From contig JBFWRP010000005.1 of assembly GCA_050248855.1 (NCBI GenBank), forward strand, positions 8,389-72,388: a DNA stretch of 64,000 bases, given 5' to 3'. Below the pieces are notes generated by a model. That model was not told where the DNA came from, searched no databases, and saw nothing but the letters and a program-made list of their open reading frames with translations. The stretch comes from Planctomycetota bacterium (lineage in GTDB: Bacteria; Planctomycetota; PLA2; JAEUHO01). Shown here one piece after another: positions 1 to 9,538 of the stretch; within the stretch, counting starts at the first letter, position 1, and every line of letters begins with the position of its first letter. The position numbers were made by a program, and so were the translations under genes.

Positions 1-101
1 GTGCCGTCCGTCCACACGGGGAGTATCCGCGCGAATGGCCGCGGGGGGGAGGATCGGCGTTGCGCGGGCCCGGCGCGGGCCCGGCGCGGGCCCGGCGCCC
101 G

Positions 102-1772
102 CTACTTCCCCAGCTCCTCGGCCAGCTCGTCGAGTGCGTCGAGCACGTCCGGGTCGTCCCCGCCCGCGTCGCGGTATGCCTTGAACTTGGCGAAGGCCTC
201 CTCGAGGCGCTCCTCTTCCAGGTACAGGTCGCCCATCAGGATGAGCAGCTCGAGGGCATCCGGCTTGAGGGCGTAGGCCTTCTCGAGCGCCGCGATGGCA
301 TCGTCGATGCGCCCGCGCTCCATCAGGGCGAACCCCAAGCCGCGCCACGCGAAGAACAGCTTGTCGTCGAGCGCGATCGCTTCGCGGTAACGCTTCTCGG
401 CGTCCTTCCACTTCTTCTGGAAGTACATGTTGTCGCCGAGCCACACCAGGATGTTGGCGTCGCCCGGCGCGACGGCGTGGGCCTGCTCCAGCAGCTTGGC
501 GGCCTTCGGGAAGCTGCCGTTCTCCTCGTGGTCGAAAGCGCAGTTGACGAGCGCGCGCAAGTTGTCCTTGTGCTCGCGCATCTTCAGCACGCTCTCGTAC
601 ACCTTGATGGCGTCCCCCCACTTGGACTGCATGTCCAGGGTGCTGCCGAGGTTGAGTAGCGCCGCGACGAAGCTCTCGTCGACGGCCAGCGCCTTCTTGA
701 ACTGGACCTGCGCCTCGCTGACCCGCCCCTGCTTGAGGAGCGTGTAGCCCACGGAGTTCAGCGCTTCCAGATGCGCCGGCTGGAACGCGAGGATCTCGCG
801 GTAGGCCTCCTCGGCCTCGGGCCACTTCTTGAGGCGCTCCAACGCCCAGCCCTTGCCGTAGAGCGCATGGACATCCTCGCTCGAGCGGTCGATCAGGATC
901 TGGTAGAGCGTCAGCGCGGCGTTGTAGCCGGCTTCCGTCTCGGCGCGCCCGTGCAAGTCGGCCCGCGCCAAGATCACGGGACGCGCATCGGCCGCGATCC
1001 GCGCCGCGCTGTCGAGCACGCCCATGGCCCCCTCGATGTCCTGGAGGCCCACGCGCGCCTCGCTCCGCACCAAGAAGGCGGCGATGTAGCTGGGACGCTG
1101 CTCCAGGACGGTGCGCGCGCGTTGGTCCGCCTTCTCGAACTCCTTGGCCAGCAGGTGGAGGCGAGCCAGGGCGAGGTGCCCGAGCCAGAACTGCGGGTTG
1201 GCGCCGACGGCGCCCTCGAGCCGCTTGCGCGCGGAGTCGACCGCACCCGCGGCCATCTCCGCCTCGGCCATGAGCAGGAGCACGTCCGGCCGGTCCCCGG
1301 GCGCCGTGGCGAGTGCCTTCTCCAGCTCCTTCACGGCCGCCGGGGCATCGCCCATCGCAAGCTTGGCGCGACCGAGCTCGAGATGCAGGTCCGACGACTC
1401 GCCCTGCTTGAGCAGCGCCTCGAGCAGTGGGATGCGCTCGGCCGGGGGCTTGAGGCGCAAGCCGTGTACGTGGATGACCGGCCCATGGGCGGGGAAGTCG
1501 CGCTCGAGGAGCTCGTAGTCGGACATCAGGGAGTCGAGCTCGCTCCCGCTGGCAAGCGACGCATCCTGGAACCGCACGTGCGCACGGTAGAACCCGGGGT
1601 CCAGCGCGATGGCCCGCCAGTAGGCCTGGGCGGCGTCGCCCATGCGCATCTCCTCGCGGGCCGCCTCTCCTTGGTCGAAGGCATCGGCCGCGGTCTCGGC
1701 CCGGGCAGGCGCCGCCACGGCCAGCCCCACGACGAACACCAAGGCGAAGGCTGCGAGGAGGCGGTGCGCCAT
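102..1772 (-). CDS. Secreted tetratricopeptide-repeat (TPR) protein
   Basis: 556-aa ORF. N-terminal signal peptide MAHRLLAAFALVFVVGLAVAAPARA. Multiple 34-residue TPR-like units (AYREILAFQPAHLEALNSVGYTLLKQGRVSEA, ALAVDESFVAALLNLGSTL and similar). Antisense ORFs have junk composition. Confidence 0.8.
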   Translation of the reverse strand: MAHRLLAAFALVFVVGLAVAAPARAETAADAFDQGEAAREEMRMGDAAQAYWRAIALDPGFYRAHVRFQDASLASGSELDSLMSDYELLERDFPAHGPVIHVHGLRLKPPAERIPLLEALLKQGESSDLHLELGRAKLAMGDAPAAVKELEKALATAPGDRPDVLLLMAEAEMAAGAVDSARKRLEGAVGANPQFWLGHLALARLHLLAKEFEKADQRARTVLEQRPSYIAAFLVRSEARVGLQDIEGAMGVLDSAARIAADARPVILARADLHGRAETEAGYNAALTLYQILIDRSSEDVHALYGKGWALERLKKWPEAEEAYREILAFQPAHLEALNSVGYTLLKQGRVSEAQVQFKKALAVDESFVAALLNLGSTLDMQSKWGDAIKVYESVLKMREHKDNLRALVNCAFDHEENGSFPKAAKLLEQAHAVAPGDANILVWLGDNMYFQKKWKDAEKRYREAIALDDKLFFAWRGLGFALMERGRIDDAIAALEKAYALKPDALELLILMGDLYLEEERLEEAFAKFKAYRDAGGDDPDVLDALDELAEELGK

Positions 1773-1899
1773 CGGCGGTCTCCCGTACGAGCGAGGTCGC
1801 GCGTGCGCACCTGGCCCGGGATGGTAGAGAGCGACGCCGCCAAGCGTCCGCCGGGCGTGTCCGACGGCTACGTGGCGGCGTGCAGGTGAGGCGAGGGGA

Positions 1900-2340
1900 T
1901 CAACGAACGGGATCGGTCGCGCCGGCGTCGTCAGCTTCCGCGACGCGCTGCGCCGTGAGCCAGCGCTCCTGGTTCAGCTTGCGGTCCAGGTCCATGAGCG
2001 TCTCGCGACGCTCCTGGATCATCTCGCGTCGCTTCTCTTCGTCGCGCAGCTGCTCCCACTCGCGAGCCGTGCGCTCGGACTTGCCCTCGCCGTCGCGCTT
2101 GGGGCCCGTGCCGCGCGCGCCACCGGAACCGACGCTGCCGGTGCCCGTACCGCCGCGTGCCGAGCCGCGGCCCCCGCCGCGAGCGCCGCGGCCACCGCGA
2201 CCACCGCCGCCGCGACCACCGCCGCCGCGACCACCGCCGCCACGACCGCCGCCGCCGCGAGCGAAGACGTCCTCCGTGAGCATGCCGAGGGAGAGGGCTG
2301 CCATGGCCACGACGAGCCACGTGCGCAAGCGCTTGAACAT
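1900..2340 (-). CDS. Small secreted protein with (GGGGR)n repeat and charged C-terminal coiled-coil
   Basis: ATG at 2340 preceded by GAGGAGG. Signal-like N-terminus MFKRLRTWLVVAMAALSLGML. Five RGGGG repeats, then an E/R/K-rich helical tail. The overlapping + ORF 1880.. gives the antisense PPPPR repeat artefact. Confidence 0.55.
   Translation of the reverse strand: MFKRLRTWLVVAMAALSLGMLTEDVFARGGGGRGGGGRGGGGRGGGGRGGRGARGGGRGSARGGTGTGSVGSGGARGTGPKRDGEGKSERTAREWEQLRDEEKRREMIQERRETLMDLDRKLNQERWLTAQRVAEADDAGATDPVR
2171..2268. repeat. Tandem 15-nt coding repeat (ccaccgccgccgcga, 4+ units) encoding the GGGGR repeat on the minus strand
   Basis: Direct reading of sequence 2171-2268. Confidence 0.8.
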
Positions 2341-2389
2341 GATGAACCTCCTCACGAGGTCCGCGTGTCGGTTCGTGCGCGCCGCGCGC

Positions 2390-3568
2390 TCACGAACCGG
2401 ACAGCTCGGGGTCTTTCTGGATGGCGTCCGTGATCTTCTTGAGAGCGGCTTCCCGACGCGACTCGTTCGCTTTCGGGTTGTAGCCGAAATCCTTGCCCAG
2501 ATGGGCCTTGACGATGGCGATGCCGGAGGTCCGCGCCTCCAGCGACACATCGTAGAGCAGGTCCAGGGCCGCGGAAACCGCGCGTTTGGGGCCCTTGGAC
2601 AAGGCCTCTTCCACGGCAGCGCGCGTGGCGGCGTCCAGGCTCGGGTCCTTGAGGCGGGCGACGAGGGCCCGCGTGGCCTTGCGGTCCCCACCCGCGTGCG
2701 CCTCCATCTCGCCGGCGAGCGCCGGGTCCCGTCCCGCATCGGGCGACAGCTCGAGACGGATGCCCTTCTCCTCGAGCCACGCGGGCGCGAGGCGCCCCGT
2801 GATCACGACTTCACTCACGCGCAGGCGTGCTTCGGCGGAGTAGAAGCCGGCAACGAGGTTTCCAAGCTTGGGTCCCTTGGGCTTGCCTTGCAGCTCGAGG
2901 CCGTCGGGCCCCTCCATCTCGAAGTGGCCCTTGACCCAGCGGGCCACGAGCGGCACGACTTCGCCCGCCTTGTGCTCGGCATTGGGCGGCCGACGGCTGA
3001 TGTAGCGGAAGCCGACGAAATCGTCCGGCGAGTCGCCTTCGCGCCACTGGTCGCCGAACTGGATGATGCTGTGTTGCCCGCCCGTCTGACCGGGATCCCG
3101 CTTGTGGAAGTAGGACTCGACCAGGGTGTAGATGACGTAGTCGTGTGCGCCGTCCGCGGGGGCGAACCACGCTCCGACATCGCTCCAGGCTTCCAGGCGC
3201 AGCTTGGCCGCCATCGTCACGTCGCCCGTCCACGTGGCCTTGTGGCGGGCGCCCTTCTTGGCGGGGATGTCGAGGCTCCCGTCGAACCAGCCCAGCTCCT
3301 CGTCGAGCTTCTCGCCGTACATGCGAAACGGCGCTCCGATCTCCCAGTCCCCCAGCTGCGCCTGGTCGCGGAAGTCGTAGCGGATCGTCACCACGCCCTT
3401 CTTGTCGATGCTGACGCGTCCGGCGAAGTGCTGGTCGAGGGTGCCCTCGGCGCGCGCACCGCGAGCCGCCAGCGCACACATCGCGACCGCCAGAAGGGGC
3501 AGTCCGAGGGCTGCCAGGGCGAGCCTGGCCAGGAGGGGGCCGCGAAAGGCGGAACGAACGGGGGGCAC
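2390..3568 (-). CDS. Secreted hypothetical protein. Start uncertain; the ORF is open to 3712
   Basis: Balanced K/E-rich composition. Internal signal peptide RSAFRGPLLARLALAALGLPLLAVAMCALAARGARA-EG suggests a GTG start near 3568. The C-terminus has helical repeat character. No family assignment could be made from sequence alone. Confidence 0.55.
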   Translation of the reverse strand: MPPVRSAFRGPLLARLALAALGLPLLAVAMCALAARGARAEGTLDQHFAGRVSIDKKGVVTIRYDFRDQAQLGDWEIGAPFRMYGEKLDEELGWFDGSLDIPAKKGARHKATWTGDVTMAAKLRLEAWSDVGAWFAPADGAHDYVIYTLVESYFHKRDPGQTGGQHSIIQFGDQWREGDSPDDFVGFRYISRRPPNAEHKAGEVVPLVARWVKGHFEMEGPDGLELQGKPKGPKLGNLVAGFYSAEARLRVSEVVITGRLAPAWLEEKGIRLELSPDAGRDPALAGEMEAHAGGDRKATRALVARLKDPSLDAATRAAVEEALSKGPKRAVSAALDLLYDVSLEARTSGIAIVKAHLGKDFGYNPKANESRREAALKKITDAIQKDPELSGS

Positions 3569-3676
3569 GGCCGGGAGGTAGCCTCGTCCACGCAGGGCCG
3601 GCTGACCCGCCACGGCGTTGCGTGTGGCAACCTTCAACCCTCGAGGTCGGCGCAGGTCGTGGGTGCGAGAGGCCCG

Positions 3677-4828
3677 ATGGTCGTCGTTCACGAGCGTGCT
3701 CCGAAGCCCCACGGGTCAGGCCCTGATCGGCCGACCGCCGGGACGGGTGCGCCCCGGGTCCTCCTCGTCAGGCTCTCCGCCGTGGGGGACGTCCTGCACG
3801 CCCTCCCGGTTCTGTCCGCCCTCCGGGCCCACTGGCCGGCGGCGCATCTGACGTGGGCGGTGGAGGATCGGGCGGCCTCGCTCCTCCTCGGTCGCAGCGA
3901 CCTGGACCGGGTCATCGTGTTCCCCCGCCGGGCCTTGGCCGCCGCCGCTCGCCGCTCCCCGGGTGCGGGCTGGCGCGCTTTGAGGGAGTTCCTCGGTGAG
4001 CTGCGGGGCCGGCGCGGCTTCGATGCCGCGCTCGATCTCCAGGGGAACCTCAAGAGCGGTCTGGTGACCCGGGCCAGCGGGGCGCCGCTTCGGGTGGGTC
4101 CGGGCCGGCGCGAGGGCCGGGAGCTCAACCACCTGTTCCTGACCCGCCGGGTGCCCGTTCCCGCGGGCGCCCGCCACCGCGTGGAGCGCAACCTCGCGCT
4201 GGCCTCGGCACTGGCGGGCCGGCGGCTGGCCTGGCGGGACCCCGGGTTCGAGCGATCGCCGGCCGCCGCGGCGGCGGCCGACGCGCTCCTGGCGGCCGCG
4301 GGCCGGGCCCCCACGGGCGGCTACGTGCTGGTGCACCCGGGGACGAGCGGGTTCGGGCAGTTCAAGCGCTGGCCGATCGAGCGCTTCGGCGCGTTCGTGC
4401 GGCGCCTCGTGGCCGATGGCCACGATGTCGTGGCCACCGCCGGCCCCGGCGAGGAAGGCCTCGTGCGCGAGGTCCTTGCCGCGAGCGGAACGGGCGCGGC
4501 CCTGCTCGTCCCGCCCGACCTGACGACGCTGGCCGAGCTCCAGTCCCGTGCGCGTCTCGTGGTGGCGCCGGACACCGGTCCGCTGCACCTGGCCGCGCTC
4601 ACGGGGGTTCCCGTGCTGGGCCTGTTCGGCCCGAAAGACCCCGACGTGTACGGCCCCTACGGACGACGCGCCGACGGCACGGTCGGCACGTTGGAGGTCA
4701 TCACGCGCGACGACGTCGCCTGCCGCCCCTGCACGCTCCGTCGCTGCGACCTGCCGCTCTGCATGACGACGTTGGATCCCGACGACGTGCTCGCGCGCGC
4801 GCGGAAGCTGTTGGCGCAGGGTGCCTGA
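3677..4828 (+). CDS. Glycosyltransferase family 9 (ADP-heptose:LPS heptosyltransferase-like)
   Basis: ATG at 3677, in frame. N-terminal RVLLVRLSAVGDVLHALPV motif. C-terminal GT9 signature PDTGPLHLAALTGVPVLGLFGP. About 383 aa. Confidence 0.8.
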   Translation: MVVVHERAPKPHGSGPDRPTAGTGAPRVLLVRLSAVGDVLHALPVLSALRAHWPAAHLTWAVEDRAASLLLGRSDLDRVIVFPRRALAAAARRSPGAGWRALREFLGELRGRRGFDAALDLQGNLKSGLVTRASGAPLRVGPGRREGRELNHLFLTRRVPVPAGARHRVERNLALASALAGRRLAWRDPGFERSPAAAAAADALLAAAGRAPTGGYVLVHPGTSGFGQFKRWPIERFGAFVRRLVADGHDVVATAGPGEEGLVREVLAASGTGAALLVPPDLTTLAELQSRARLVVAPDTGPLHLAALTGVPVLGLFGPKDPDVYGPYGRRADGTVGTLEVITRDDVACRPCTLRRCDLPLCMTTLDPDDVLARARKLLAQGA

Positions 4829-4917
4829 TCCGGCGTCGGGACGCGCCGGGGTACGTGCAGCGGACCTGGATCGCCTGCGGCGGGGGTCGTCCGTTGCGCG
4901 AACGGGACCGTACCGAG

Positions 4918-4998
4918 CCAGGTGAGATTCCCGCTTCACGCTGCGGCGCAACCAACCATGGGGAGATCAACCGGGGCGTGAAGCTGGAATCTCACCCG
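4918..4998. repeat. Large imperfect palindrome (22-bp arms ccaggtgagattcccgcttcacgc / gcgtgaagctggaatctcacccgg, about 33-nt loop) between convergent genes
   Basis: Seen directly. Shares the gtgagattcc/ggaatctcac arm motif with the palindrome at 39262-39360. Confidence 0.75.
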
Positions 4999-5032
4999 GC
5001 TCGTCCCCTGGGGTGCGGAGATGTCTCCGTGC

Positions 5033-5057
5033 GGGACCGAGCATCTGGCGAGCCGCC
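5033..5057. repeat. Copy of interspersed core motif gggaccgagcatctggcgagccgcc
   Basis: Identical 25-mer at 13289-13313. Reverse-complement copy (ggctcgccagatgctcggcc) at 46806-46825. Diverged copy at 18494-18512. Confidence 0.8.
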
Positions 5058-5084
5058 CCCCCGACGGCACAGCCACCGCCCGAA

Positions 5085-5510
5085 TCAGATAGGCAGGCTG
5101 CCGGGGCCGAGCTCGAGGATGGGCCCCCGCGGCCCCAACTGGATCGTGTGGACTCGCTCGAGGACGTCGTCGAGCACGATGCGGTCGGTGGCGTCCCCGT
5201 CGACGAGCATGCCGTTGCCGCCCAGGTTCTCGATCTCGACGCGATCGGACGCGTGGAGCGTGATCCGTACGTGCCGACGGCTGACGGAGGCATAGAGCAA
5301 CGAGCGCTGCACGTCGCGGCGCGCCGCGCCGCGCGATTTGAGGTACGCCGGGGAGCGCTTGAGCGACCAGTCGCACCAGCGGCTGCGCCCGACGACCACG
5401 CTCTGGCCCTCCGCGATGCGCAGGGTCTGGCCCTCGGCCAGCTCGCCCGTGCCGCGCAGCAGGACGTAGCAGGACGAGACGGGGGCCGACGGGGTCTCCA
5501 GCGGGTTCAT
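5085..5510 (-). CDS. FHA-domain protein (phosphothreonine-binding)
   Basis: 141 aa. FHA signature GRSRWCDWSL...VSRRHVRITLH...VEIENLGGNGMLVDG. Lies 45 nt downstream of the kinase gene on the same strand. Confidence 0.8.
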   Translation of the reverse strand: MNPLETPSAPVSSCYVLLRGTGELAEGQTLRIAEGQSVVVGRSRWCDWSLKRSPAYLKSRGAARRDVQRSLLYASVSRRHVRITLHASDRVEIENLGGNGMLVDGDATDRIVLDDVLERVHTIQLGPRGPILELGPGSLPI

Positions 5511-5554
5511 GGCTTTGGTCCTTCCTGGATCCTACGACGACGACGGGCGCGGGA

Positions 5555-8500
5555 CTACCGCTCGGCTTCGGCGGCCAGCTGGGCTTCCCGCTCCGCCCGC
5601 CACCCTTGCTGGACGGTGCCGCGCAAGACGATGTCGTCCACGAGGACCGGCGTCCACGTCAGCAGGCTGATCCGGCCGCTGCCGTGCCGCATGGAGCGCT
5701 GTCGGTCGCTGCGCGTCCCCAGGTCGGCCCAGCCCCCCTCGCGATGGCTGGCCACGAGGCGCCCATCCACGTGCAGCTCGAGCCGGTCGAGCTGGCGCAC
5801 GACGCGCACGCGGTACGAGCGTCCGGGCTCGAACGCGAACAGGCGCCGGTCGGGCGACGCCATCTCCTCGCGTCCGAGCTGCGTCCAGCGCGCTTCGTTC
5901 GCGGCTGCCGCGTAGTCGGGCCACGACCAGCCCTGCAACCACGAGCTGCCGAACGTCGTCAGCGGCGTGGTCTGGACGCCCACGCCCCGGCCCAAGCCGT
6001 AGATGTTCCATTCGGGCGGGCCGGAGCGCTTCTCGCGATCGAGCGGAGGCACTCCCTGCGGCAGGCGCTGCCCCTGGGCCCGCGGGTCGGCGGAGACGAC
6101 GGCGAGCTTGGGCCCGTCCATGTCGAAGGCGATCAGGGGGGCACCCGCGCGCGTGTGGAGCGTGAGCTCCAGCTCGAACGGCAGGGCCGGGTCGAACATC
6201 TGCTCGAACGAGAGCGGACGGTCGTAGATCGGCGCTTCGGCGCCGGCGAGGAGGAGGAGGGCGTAGGGGTCCGTGCCCGCGCCCGGCGTGACGACGCCCT
6301 CGCCCGCGCCTTCGCGGACGAACTCGCCCAGGCCGTGCAAGACGTTGCGTTTCTGCACCTCGGGGGTGTCCAGGTCGAGACGGAACTCGACGGCGTCGGC
6401 GCCGCTGGCCGCGACGCGCGCACCGGGAACCAGCGCACGCAGAACGTCGCGCTCCAGCCCTTCCCGGGTCTTGAGCAGCAGCTCGTCGACGCGGGCGCGT
6501 CGTTCGTCGTACGTCCGTGTCCAGCGCAAGCGGTCCGCCGGATCGCGCAGACGCTCGAGCTCTTCCTGGGCCTCGACGTAGCGCTCCTCCTCCAGGTAGG
6601 TGGACGCGTCGGCCTCGGCCTGGGCCGCGCGCTGCTCGCGAGCCCGCTGCGCCGTCACCACCAGGTCGCGGCGCGCGCGCACGAAGCGAGCCCAGAGGCC
6701 GCCCTCGTCGCCCAGGGCGTCGAATGCGCGACCGGCGCTCTCGTGCGCAGCGACCGTCGGCCGGAGGTCCACACCGGGAGCATCCTCGATCGGTCCGAGG
6801 GCCGACAGCCGCGCGTACGCTTCCACCTCGGGCGTGACCCCCGAGGCGCTCCCGCGCGCCCATGCCAGCAGGACGTCCGGGTGGATGGCCCGGATCGGCA
6901 GGAAGCGCGCATCGGCCTGGCTGCGCTTGGCGTCGACGATCTCGAGGCCGCGGCGCTCGAGGTCCACGCGGCGGACGAAGATGCGCTCGGGCAGGGAACC
7001 GGTGAGCTCGGCGCCGGCACGCAAACGCGGGGCCTCGAGCGGCGCACGGGGGTCGATGCGCTCCAACGCCTTCTGTTCCAGGGCGTCGAGCGGGTCGGCC
7101 GCCGCCAGCAGGGCGGCCAGCCGCGGCTCGGCGCCGAGGGCGGGGTCGCGGTCGCGCTGGCGGCGGGCCACGAGGTCGCGGAGCGCCGCCGCATCGCCGG
7201 CTTGGATGGCCTGGAACGCTTCCGCCTCCGCCTCGGCCCAGGCGGCATCGCGCAGCGCATCGTGGCGGCCCAGGCCTGCGCGCAGCTCGGAGGCCAGACG
7301 CCGCGCCAGCGACCCGCCGTCGGGTTGCTCGCGGTCGGCATCGCGGGCGAGCGCCTCGAGCTTCTCGGCCAGCGCGCGCCACGCCTCCGCATCCGGCGGC
7401 GCACCGCTGTCGAGCCACGTCTTGGCCTGCAGCAGGCGCTCCTGCAGCAGCTGGTGCAGGGCGGCCTGGGTGCGGGCCTCGATCGTCGTGCGCAGCTGCT
7501 CGACGAGCCGACCGAGCACGGCTTCTGCCGGCCCCAGGACGGCGCCGTCGTGCTGCGCGAGCAGCGCCAGCTCGTCCTCGATGCGCGCGTACAGGTCCGC
7601 AAGTCCCCGATCGAGCGCCGAGCGGTAGGCCGCCAACGCCCGCGCATCCAGGGCCTCCCGCGCCCGGGCCTGCGTCCCGCGCGCATCGAGCTCGCCAGCC
7701 GCCGCGCCCAGGCGTTCGACGGCCCGCCCGACGCGACGTGCCTCTTCTCGCGCCCGCTCCAGCGCGAAGCCGGCCGGGACGTTCCGATCGTTGGCCAGCC
7801 ACGCCTCGTGGCTCGCGGCGGACGACACCAAGGCCTCGAAGCTGCGGGCCCCGGCCATCTCGGCCGCGGCGCGCTGCTGCTGCTCGACCAAGCGCCTCTC
7901 CCCGGCGCGCGCGAGGATGCGCTCGAGCTCGGAGCGCGCGCGGATCACCCAGGCACTGACCGAGCCGTCGTCGGTGCCACCCTGCTGGGCGAAGACGGTG
8001 GACGCGGCGCCGAGCTCCTCGGCGGCCAGGGGCGCCTCGAGCGCCTTGAGAAGCTGACCGAGACGCGTGAGATCGCCACTCACGTCCCGCAGACGACGCA
8101 GGTGCTCGTCGACGGCCCTGCGCCGCGTGCTCTTGCTCTGGGCCTGCGCCTCCCAGTCGGCGAGTTCCTTCTCCTGCTCCACGGCCTGTCCCAGGCTGCG
8201 CTCGAGGCGACGGGAGCGCTCCGCCCATTGGCTCTTGAGCCTGTCGTGCGCGCTGATGGCGTTGGCCGTGTCGACCTCGGCCGGGGCGTCGATGTCGCTC
8301 CAGCTCGTGGTCCGCAAGAGGCGCTCGGCGCGCTCATCCGCCTCGACACGCGCCCGGGAACGCTCGCGGTGTTGCAGGAGCAGCCCGGCCGCCACACCGA
8401 GCACCACGACCACGGCGAGTGCGATCCCCGCGCGACGCGCGCCCACGCGCAGGCGTCGACGGAGCAACCACGCTTCCCAGTTGCCCGTGAACCCCACCGG

Positions 8501-9538
8501 GACGATGGAGCGCCCGCCCAGGATGCGATCGACGTCCGTGACGACGTCGGCCGGCGTGGGGTAACGCAGCGACGGGTCCTTGAGCATCATGCGCTCGACG
8601 AGGTAGCCGGCCTCGCCGCTCACGGCCGGGTTCAGGACGCGCAGCGGCGTCGGCTGCTCGTAGAGCACCTTGGTGATGATCTCGGCCAGCGTCGAGCCCT
8701 CGAAGGGCGGTCGGCCCGCGAGCATGGCGTAGAGCGTGGCCCCCAGGCTGTAGATGTCGCTGCGGGTGTCGGCCTTGCGCGGGTCCTGCGCCTGCTCGGG
8801 CGAGATGAACTGCGGCGTACCCACGGTCGCGCCGTGCTGCGTGAGGCCCAGGTCCACCGGCCCCTTGGCCAGCCCCAGGTCCATCAGCTTGGGCACGCCC
8901 TGGCGCGTGAGCAGGACGTTGCCCGGCTTCACGTCCCGATGGACCACGCCCATCCGGCGCGCCTTCTCCAAGGCGTCCGCCAGACCGCGCGTGATCTCGA
9001 GCGCCTTCTCCTCGTCGAGCGCGCCCTCGCGGGCGATCAGGTCACGCAGGCTCTCGCCCTCCACGTACTCCATGACGAAGAACGGGAAGCCGTTGGACTC
9101 ACCCGCATCGAGCGCCCGCACGATGTTGGGGTGGTCGAGGCTGGCGAGCATCTCCGCCTCGCTGCGGAGGCGTTCGACCTGGGTCGGGTCCGCCGCGAGA
9201 TCACGGCGCAGGACCTTGATCGCGACGAGGCGGTTGAGGCGCAGGTGCCGGGCCTTGTACACGGTGCCCATCGCGCCGCGGCCCAGGCGTGCGAGCAGCT
9301 GGTACCCCTCGATCTGCGCGCCGGCGCCGCGCGGCTCGACGCGACTTCGGACGCGACGTGCCTGCTCGTCGGCCAGCCAGCCGCGCTTGACGAGGATGAC
9401 CGCCAAGCGCTCGTCGATCTTGAGGTCCTCGGCCATGCGGCGCTGCAGGAGGAAACCTTCCTCGACCTGCGCCTCGGTCACGTAGCCGAGGTTCTGGGCC
9501 TCTTGCGCGAACAGGAAGTCCTCGTTCGTCGCGCTCAT
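5555..9538 (-). CDS. Membrane Hanks-type Ser/Thr protein kinase with GspE_N-like N-terminal domain and about 900-aa coiled-coil/beta ectodomain
   Basis: ATG at 9538 forms an ATGA overlap with the upstream stop. Residues 14-70 resemble the T2SS GspE N-domain (LGYVTEAQVEEGFLLQRR...ERLAVILVKRGWLADEQ). Kinase subdomains: GRGAMGTVYKA, HRDVKPGNVLL, DLGLAK, GTPQFISPEQ. One TM segment GIALAVVVVLGVAAGLLL. Then a long Ala/Arg/Glu-rich coiled-coil and a C-terminal beta-rich domain. The ORF's extra N-terminal 447 codons (to 10879) are antisense of the upstream gene and are rejected. Confidence 0.85.
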   Translation of the reverse strand: MSATNEDFLFAQEAQNLGYVTEAQVEEGFLLQRRMAEDLKIDERLAVILVKRGWLADEQARRVRSRVEPRGAGAQIEGYQLLARLGRGAMGTVYKARHLRLNRLVAIKVLRRDLAADPTQVERLRSEAEMLASLDHPNIVRALDAGESNGFPFFVMEYVEGESLRDLIAREGALDEEKALEITRGLADALEKARRMGVVHRDVKPGNVLLTRQGVPKLMDLGLAKGPVDLGLTQHGATVGTPQFISPEQAQDPRKADTRSDIYSLGATLYAMLAGRPPFEGSTLAEIITKVLYEQPTPLRVLNPAVSGEAGYLVERMMLKDPSLRYPTPADVVTDVDRILGGRSIVPVGFTGNWEAWLLRRRLRVGARRAGIALAVVVVLGVAAGLLLQHRERSRARVEADERAERLLRTTSWSDIDAPAEVDTANAISAHDRLKSQWAERSRRLERSLGQAVEQEKELADWEAQAQSKSTRRRAVDEHLRRLRDVSGDLTRLGQLLKALEAPLAAEELGAASTVFAQQGGTDDGSVSAWVIRARSELERILARAGERRLVEQQQRAAAEMAGARSFEALVSSAASHEAWLANDRNVPAGFALERAREEARRVGRAVERLGAAAGELDARGTQARAREALDARALAAYRSALDRGLADLYARIEDELALLAQHDGAVLGPAEAVLGRLVEQLRTTIEARTQAALHQLLQERLLQAKTWLDSGAPPDAEAWRALAEKLEALARDADREQPDGGSLARRLASELRAGLGRHDALRDAAWAEAEAEAFQAIQAGDAAALRDLVARRQRDRDPALGAEPRLAALLAAADPLDALEQKALERIDPRAPLEAPRLRAGAELTGSLPERIFVRRVDLERRGLEIVDAKRSQADARFLPIRAIHPDVLLAWARGSASGVTPEVEAYARLSALGPIEDAPGVDLRPTVAAHESAGRAFDALGDEGGLWARFVRARRDLVVTAQRAREQRAAQAEADASTYLEEERYVEAQEELERLRDPADRLRWTRTYDERRARVDELLLKTREGLERDVLRALVPGARVAASGADAVEFRLDLDTPEVQKRNVLHGLGEFVREGAGEGVVTPGAGTDPYALLLLAGAEAPIYDRPLSFEQMFDPALPFELELTLHTRAGAPLIAFDMDGPKLAVVSADPRAQGQRLPQGVPPLDREKRSGPPEWNIYGLGRGVGVQTTPLTTFGSSWLQGWSWPDYAAAANEARWTQLGREEMASPDRRLFAFEPGRSYRVRVVRQLDRLELHVDGRLVASHREGGWADLGTRSDRQRSMRHGSGRISLLTWTPVLVDDIVLRGTVQQGWRAEREAQLAAEAER

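Noticed and set aside
1880-3676. 5-prime 600 codons of the 982-aa + ORF, including a PPPPR repeat
   Set aside because: It is antisense to the RGGGG-repeat gene and the secreted protein gene. The real + strand gene (GT9) starts at the ATG at 3677.
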